Of a DNA stretch of 64,000 bases, positions 59,489-64,000 are shown piece by piece. The notes beneath the pieces are model-generated. The model saw only the letters and a list, made by a program, of their open reading frames with translations, was not told where the DNA came from and did not search any database. The DNA is from a bacterium UBP11_UBA4055 (GTDB lineage: Bacteria > UBA4055), in NCBI GenBank assembly GCA_002382735.1, contig DFZN01000059.1, positions 1 to 64,000 on the forward strand, given 5' to 3'. The stretch's first letter is position 1. Each line of letters starts with the position of its first letter. The position numbers and the translations under genes were made by a program.

Positions 59489-60031
59489 TCAGAATTGGAA
59501 TATAATACCGACCGAATGCATGGGGCTGACATCTTCGTCAAGGTCGAATTCAAGAGGCATTCTGGCCTTCATCGAATAAAACACTCCCATATCAAATGGG
59601 AAAATATATTCGGCGTTAAATCTGCCAGTAAGATGATTCAGCCTGAAGCCCTTGGAGATATTATCGTAATCCTCCACATCGTCGTTGGCTGAGAATCCGA
59701 GCCCACCCGTAAAAATCCATGTCCTCGCTCTTTTGGTAAAACGGTAAGCTATGCCTGTAGATATATCGGCTTTTTCTTCAAATGAGCTTCCCGATTCGGA
59801 ATAAGCGCTTTCTATAAAAAATCCTACTTTTTTACCCAGATAACGGGTAAATTCAACAGACCCGTTCTTCAGGTCCGCAGGAAAAAGTGTATAAGAAGCG
59901 CATACTTTGTTCGCCTTGTGATCCCTGAATACCGATTCGTCCGCTTCCTGCCTTTCTTCAAAAAGATCAAACTCCCCCGGAAAAAGGGAAGCGAACAGAA
60001 AAAATAGTAAAATGCCTGTCAGAGACCTCAT
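59489..60031 (-). CDS. Small outer-membrane beta-barrel-like protein (180 aa)
   Basis: Signal peptide, aromatic-rich strands, ends IIFQF (a C-terminal Phe). Confidence 0.5.
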   Translation of the reverse strand: MRSLTGILLFFLFASLFPGEFDLFEERQEADESVFRDHKANKVCASYTLFPADLKNGSVEFTRYLGKKVGFFIESAYSESGSSFEEKADISTGIAYRFTKRARTWIFTGGLGFSANDDVEDYDNISKGFRLNHLTGRFNAEYIFPFDMGVFYSMKARMPLEFDLDEDVSPMHSVGIIFQF

Positions 60032-60039
60032 CTATTCCC

Positions 60040-61206
60040 CTAAGAGTGAAGCTTATTTACCATATCAAGTTTCTCCCATGAGAACCCGTCTCTCCCGAAA
60101 TGACCGTAGGCTGCTGTAGCTTTGAATACGGGCTTGCGAAGTCCGAGTTTTTTAATGATGCCTGAAGGAGTAAGGTCGAAATGCTTTCTTATCAGTTTAA
60201 CTATCTCTTCACCGGATATCTTTCCAGTCCTGAAAGTTTCAGCCATGATGGATACAGGCTCAGGTACGCCGATCGCGTAAGCGAGCTGTATCTCCAGCTT
60301 CTGAGCAAATCCGGCGGCCACTAGATTTTTTGCAATATATCTGGCCATATAAGCCGCGGACCTGTCCACTTTTGTGGCATCCTTACCGCTGAACGCTCCT
60401 CCGCCGTGCCTTGCATATCCGCCGTATGTGTCAACGATGATCTTTCTGCCTGTAAGTCCTGTATCACCCATTGGCCCGCCTGTCACGAACCTTCCTGTAG
60501 GATTTATGTGAGTTGTGTATTTCCCTTTCACCAGATTCTCCGGAAGCACAGGTCTTATGACTTTCTCAAGTATCTCTTTTTCAATTAAAGCATGCTCTTT
60601 TTTCAATTGGGTTGCTGTAGTATGATCTCCGTCGAAAAGCGGATCGTGCTGGGTCGAGATCACGACCGTGTCCACCGAGTCGGGTATCCAGTTCTTGTAA
60701 TTTATGGTGACCTGTGATTTCCCGTCCGGCCTTAAGAATTCTATCAGCCCTTTTTTCCTGCACTCAGTCAGTCTATGGGTAAGCTGGTGGGCAAGAGTTA
60801 TCGGGAGAGGCATGAATTCAGGGGTCTCGTCGCATGCGAAACCGAACATCATTCCCTGGTCCCCGGCGCCGTCCCTGTCAACGCCCATAGCAATGTCGTC
60901 GCTCTGCCGGTCGATCGTCGAAATGACGCCGCAGGTGTTGTAGTCAAAACCTTTATAGGAATGATCGTAACCGATCTCCTTCACAGTGTTCCTGACCACT
61001 AAAGGTATGTCAATATATGTATCGGTCGTCATTTCTCCTCCGACGACCACAAGTCCTGTGGTTACGAATGTTTCGATCGCAACCCTGCTCTTAGGGTCGT
61101 CTTTCAGCGCCGCATCAAGGATCGAGTCCGATATCTGATCGGCTATCTTGTCCGGATGACCTTCGGTCACCGATTCGCTTGAGAATAAAAAATTGCCGTA
61201 CTTCAT
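60040..61206 (-). CDS. metK: S-adenosylmethionine synthetase
   Basis: [28 protein letters not shown], [16 protein letters not shown]. Confidence 0.95.
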   Translation of the reverse strand: MKYGNFLFSSESVTEGHPDKIADQISDSILDAALKDDPKSRVAIETFVTTGLVVVGGEMTTDTYIDIPLVVRNTVKEIGYDHSYKGFDYNTCGVISTIDRQSDDIAMGVDRDGAGDQGMMFGFACDETPEFMPLPITLAHQLTHRLTECRKKGLIEFLRPDGKSQVTINYKNWIPDSVDTVVISTQHDPLFDGDHTTATQLKKEHALIEKEILEKVIRPVLPENLVKGKYTTHINPTGRFVTGGPMGDTGLTGRKIIVDTYGGYARHGGGAFSGKDATKVDRSAAYMARYIAKNLVAAGFAQKLEIQLAYAIGVPEPVSIMAETFRTGKISGEEIVKLIRKHFDLTPSGIIKKLGLRKPVFKATAAYGHFGRDGFSWEKLDMVNKLHS

Positions 61207-61235
61207 TTGTTTTTCCCTTTTTATTGAATTATCAG

Positions 61236-61931
61236 TTATCTTATAAAAAATCTTACGCCGACCCTAGACATAATACCGCTCATGTCATATTCTCTTTCGA
61301 GAGTGTAGTCCACTCCGCCTATCTCGTCCTCGTATTCATAGCTGGGCTTCGAGTAATGGTAAGCCAGCTCGCCGAAAACTTCCGATCTTGCTCCCAGATT
61401 GTACATGATCCCGCCTCCGAGCCTCCAGTTAAAATCGAAAGCAAACTCAGATTTTTCATCTATCTCATCGCTGTCATAAGAATTATATGAGGCATAGAGC
61501 ATTTCTGCGCCCAGTCCTCCCATAGCGAACCATTTCAGCTTGTTGTTTATCGGGAATTTTGCGGTAACTGATACCATTACGGGAAAATCGTAAATTATCG
61601 TTTCGCTGAGTTTGGCTACCTGGTCCGCAGTAAGACCCGGAATATCTTCGTACTCGCCTTTCGCAGCTTTGTCCTCATAGTCTTTTTTGAACCAGTCGAG
61701 GCTGACTCCCACATCAAGATTCGTATCAATATGGTATCCGTACTCGAATCCGAGGTCAAAACCTCCGTCACAGGCCTGCGGAAAAAACATCCCTGCCTTT
61801 ATAGCTCCCATATTCTTCTGCCCTAAGACTCCGAACGCGGCGGTCATCACTATCATCACAAGCATCTTTTTCATAATCATCCTCCGGATTTTTTCAGTCA
61901 GCAAATATAACACATTTAGGATATATTTCAA
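61236..61931 (-). CDS. Outer-membrane beta-barrel-like hypothetical protein (231 aa)
   Basis: Signal peptide [19 protein letters not shown]. Amphipathic strands. Ends VRFFIR. Confidence 0.45.
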   Translation of the reverse strand: MKYILNVLYLLTEKIRRMIMKKMLVMIVMTAAFGVLGQKNMGAIKAGMFFPQACDGGFDLGFEYGYHIDTNLDVGVSLDWFKKDYEDKAAKGEYEDIPGLTADQVAKLSETIIYDFPVMVSVTAKFPINNKLKWFAMGGLGAEMLYASYNSYDSDEIDEKSEFAFDFNWRLGGGIMYNLGARSEVFGELAYHYSKPSYEYEDEIGGVDYTLEREYDMSGIMSRVGVRFFIR

Positions 61932-61964
61932 ACTGTTTTTAAACTTAATATACCCGCGGCAGAC

Positions 61965-62306
61965 CTAAAAGTTCGATTCAGCCGCAACGAATTCAATATT
62001 TTTTAGGGCGGAAGGCTTTTTTACAGTCACTTTTGCCGATACTATCCTGCCGTCGTTTCTGAAGATTTCGAGTATCTTCTCTGAAAGACTCTCAAGAAGA
62101 TAGAATCTGTTCTCTTTGGCTGTTCGGATCACTTTTCTTACCACTTCCGAATAATCATAGGCGTACTGTAGATCATCAGAGGCGGAAGCCTTAGCTGCGT
62201 CGTATTCGAATTCAATATCGACGAATATACCCTGACAGTTTGTTCTTTCGTGGTCCTGCGTACCTACTTTTGCCTGTATCTCAATTCCTTTGAGTATTAT
62301 CTTCAT
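61965..62306 (-). CDS. folB: Dihydroneopterin aldolase
   Basis: 113 aa. MKIILKGIEIQAKVG...FVDIEFEYD...SDDLQYAYDY fits the FolB pattern. Confidence 0.7.
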   Translation of the reverse strand: MKIILKGIEIQAKVGTQDHERTNCQGIFVDIEFEYDAAKASASDDLQYAYDYSEVVRKVIRTAKENRFYLLESLSEKILEIFRNDGRIVSAKVTVKKPSALKNIEFVAAESNF

Positions 62307-62318
62307 CCTGTTATCCGG

Positions 62319-63047
62319 TTATTTAATGTTTTCCCCGCCGTCAACGAAAATGGTCTGACCGGTTATGAAATTGTTCTTAAGAAGGAACATTGCAGAGGAT
62401 ACAATATCTTCCGGCGAACCTGATCTTCCGAGAAGATTTCTGTCTTCAAGCCTTCTTACATATTCCTGCGTCTCATCCTCTGCAGGCAGAACGATCCCGG
62501 GACATATACCGTTGACCCGAATGTCAGGCGCGAATTCAACCGCAGCCATAGAGGTCAGCTCCTTAAGCGCCGTTCTGGAAATAATGTAAGCGGCGTAAAC
62601 ATTCTGATATACCGAGACCTTCGTGTCCAGAATGTTTATGATATTTCCCCCGGTGCAAAACTTCGCGAACCCCTTTATCATGAAGAACGGCGCGCGGTAA
62701 TTAACGCTGATAAGTTCGTCGAACATCTTCAGGTCAGTACCTTTGATCGGCCCTCGTTTGAATAAGGACGCCGAATTTATCAGAACTGACAGGTGCGGAA
62801 AAGAATCAAAGGCTGCCCTTAAAAGCTCCTGAATGAAATTTATATCCCTGAGGTCGCCTTTGAACATAGCACACTCCCTGCCCAGTAACCTTATCTTTCC
62901 GCTGGTCTCTATAGCTTCGGTCTCCGAAGTGTTGTAGTGCAGCGCTATGTCGTAGCCTTCAGCCGCAAGCCCGATCGCCAGGTAGGCTCCGATCCTTTTC
63001 GCTCCTCCGGTTATCAGAGCCGCTTTTTTTTCAGCCGTTCTTTCCAT
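62319..63047 (-). CDS. Pteridine reductase-like SDR (PTR1/FolM-like)
   Basis: ALITGGAKRIGAYLAIGLAAEGYDIALHY matches the PTR1/FolM N-terminus (AxxTGxAKRIG...HY). An SDR YxxxK motif is present. Flanked by folE and folB. Confidence 0.65.
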   Translation of the reverse strand: MERTAEKKAALITGGAKRIGAYLAIGLAAEGYDIALHYNTSETEAIETSGKIRLLGRECAMFKGDLRDINFIQELLRAAFDSFPHLSVLINSASLFKRGPIKGTDLKMFDELISVNYRAPFFMIKGFAKFCTGGNIINILDTKVSVYQNVYAAYIISRTALKELTSMAAVEFAPDIRVNGICPGIVLPAEDETQEYVRRLEDRNLLGRSGSPEDIVSSAMFLLKNNFITGQTIFVDGGENIK

Positions 63048-63048
63048 A

Positions 63049-63615
63049 TCATTTACCTATCAGGCTCAAGAATTCGGCTCTTGTAGCTCCGTCGTCCCTG
63101 AAGCTCCCCAGCATGCAGGATGTGGTCATCACAGAGTTCTGCTTTTCAACGCCCCTCATCATCATGCAGAGGTGCTGAGCTTCGATGACGACGCCGACGC
63201 CTTCGGCGGAAGTGTATTTCATTACTGTTTCCGCGATCTGTCTCACAAGGTTCTCCTGTATCTGTAACCGGCGCGAAAAGACATCCACCAGTCTTGCGAT
63301 CTTGGACAGACCTATTACTTTACCTTTTGGAATGTAAGCAACATGACACTTCCCGAAAAAAGGCAGAAGATGATGTTCGCACATAGAATACAGTTCAATG
63401 TCCTTCACGATGACCATGTCGTCATTATCTGTGGAGAATACAGCTCCGTTAACCACTGAATTGATATCCTCCCCATAACCTTTAGTAAGGAAACCGAATG
63501 CCTTAGCAGCTCTTGCCGGCGTTTTTAACAGGCCTTCCCTTTCTCTGTCCTCGCCGACAGTATCTAATATTTTACCCATTATCTCCGTTAAATCTTTTAT
63601 TTTCCCGTCGTTCAT
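63049..63615 (-). CDS. folE: GTP cyclohydrolase I
   Basis: [18 protein letters not shown] and the [15 protein letters not shown] motif. Confidence 0.9.
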   Translation of the reverse strand: MNDGKIKDLTEIMGKILDTVGEDREREGLLKTPARAAKAFGFLTKGYGEDINSVVNGAVFSTDNDDMVIVKDIELYSMCEHHLLPFFGKCHVAYIPKGKVIGLSKIARLVDVFSRRLQIQENLVRQIAETVMKYTSAEGVGVVIEAQHLCMMMRGVEKQNSVMTTSCMLGSFRDDGATRAEFLSLIGK

Positions 63616-63772
63616 ATTTTATATCTCCTGATTTGTTGCAATTTAATTATACTCTGCTCTTTTTACAAATCAATTTTTTCGAATATTCGAGTAATAAATT
63701 AATTATTTATGTTGTATTATCAGCCAATCATACTTAAATTCTACGGGTTATATTATAATGGGAGTTTTTACC

Positions 63773-64000
63773 ATGAACAGAACTCTTCCGGTCTCTCAGT
63801 TCATAAAGCATATTCAGCATGTTATAAACCTGAAGACCGTCTCCGACAACAACTACTCGAACGGAAGATCAATAGCCAATTCGATCCTCAACAAACCGGG
63901 TCTGGCTTTAACGGGGTACTTTAAGGATTTCAACAGCTCCAGCCTTCAGCTTCTCGCATCCACGGAAATAAGTTTCATTAACGATCAGTATGAGGCAAAA
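63773..64000 (+). CDS. hprK: HPr kinase/phosphorylase, N-terminal 76 aa (partial; runs off the right edge)
   Basis: MNRTLPVSQFIKH...RSIANSILNKPGLALTGYFKDFNSSSLQLLASTEISF aligns with the HprK N-domain (RP.I..S.LSRPGIEIAGYF.......QLLGKTELSF). The ORF track omits it because no stop lies inside the window. Confidence 0.7.
   Translation, partial: MNRTLPVSQFIKHIQHVINLKTVSDNNYSNGRSIANSILNKPGLALTGYFKDFNSSSLQLLASTEISFINDQYEAK

Overview
This 64 kb window is bacterial chromosomal DNA, roughly 40-45% GC, with about 85% of coding sequence on the minus strand. It carries T9SS-type C-terminal sorting domains, classic Shine-Dalgarno sites and sigma70-type TTGACA/TATAAT promoters. Together these suggest an uncultured FCB-superphylum lineage (Cloacimonadota/Fibrobacterota-like) rather than Bacteroidia proper. 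No rRNA, tRNA or CRISPR array was found.

Recognisable core genes:
- Housekeeping: groES-groEL, valS, metK, rarA, rng (RNase G/E family), and hprK truncated at the right edge.
- folE, a PTR1/FolM-like reductase and folB as one operon.
- ptb-buk.
- A DMT transporter, two-subunit class I fumarase and malic enzyme as one operon.
- A ktrB-ktrA-ktrB' potassium-uptake cluster, convergent with an APC-permease::tandem-Usp fusion.
- A MoxR-DUF58-VWA (Bat-like) operon.
- An elbB - orphan PTS EIIB(Man) - rng - SDR operon.
- A Fic-YjbQ gene pair.

Accessory and unusual content:
- A 2565-aa signal-peptide protein with a PD40 propeller, TPR arrays and two CHAT protease domains, one apparently degenerate and one with an intact His/Cys dyad.
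- An AT-rich island of about 3.2 kb (roughly 23.6-26.8 kb). It holds a decayed type I R-M locus: hsdM fragments, a frameshifted DUF1016/YhcG gene and a possible hsdR C-terminal stub. It also holds a nucleotidyltransferase plus 83-aa partner cassette bounded by perfect 16-bp direct repeats. A free-standing 35-aa lysine-rich gene with its own promoter, SD and terminator sits just upstream.
- Clusters of secreted, lipoprotein and outer-membrane-like genes at both ends of the window. These include a T9SS propeller-repeat cargo, a PKD-repeat lipoprotein, tandem near-identical LPP20-like lipoproteins, and a 'LMNEDG' beta-barrel paralog family.
- Several non-coding signals: near-identical terminator hairpins reused behind adjacent genes, a recurring TGAGGAGTrAGTGT motif next to two terminators, a structured GC-rich 190-nt tail after groEL, triple direct repeats upstream of fic, and a groES promoter with no CIRCE element.

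Every product call rests on motifs read directly from the translated ORFs. No database search was possible.
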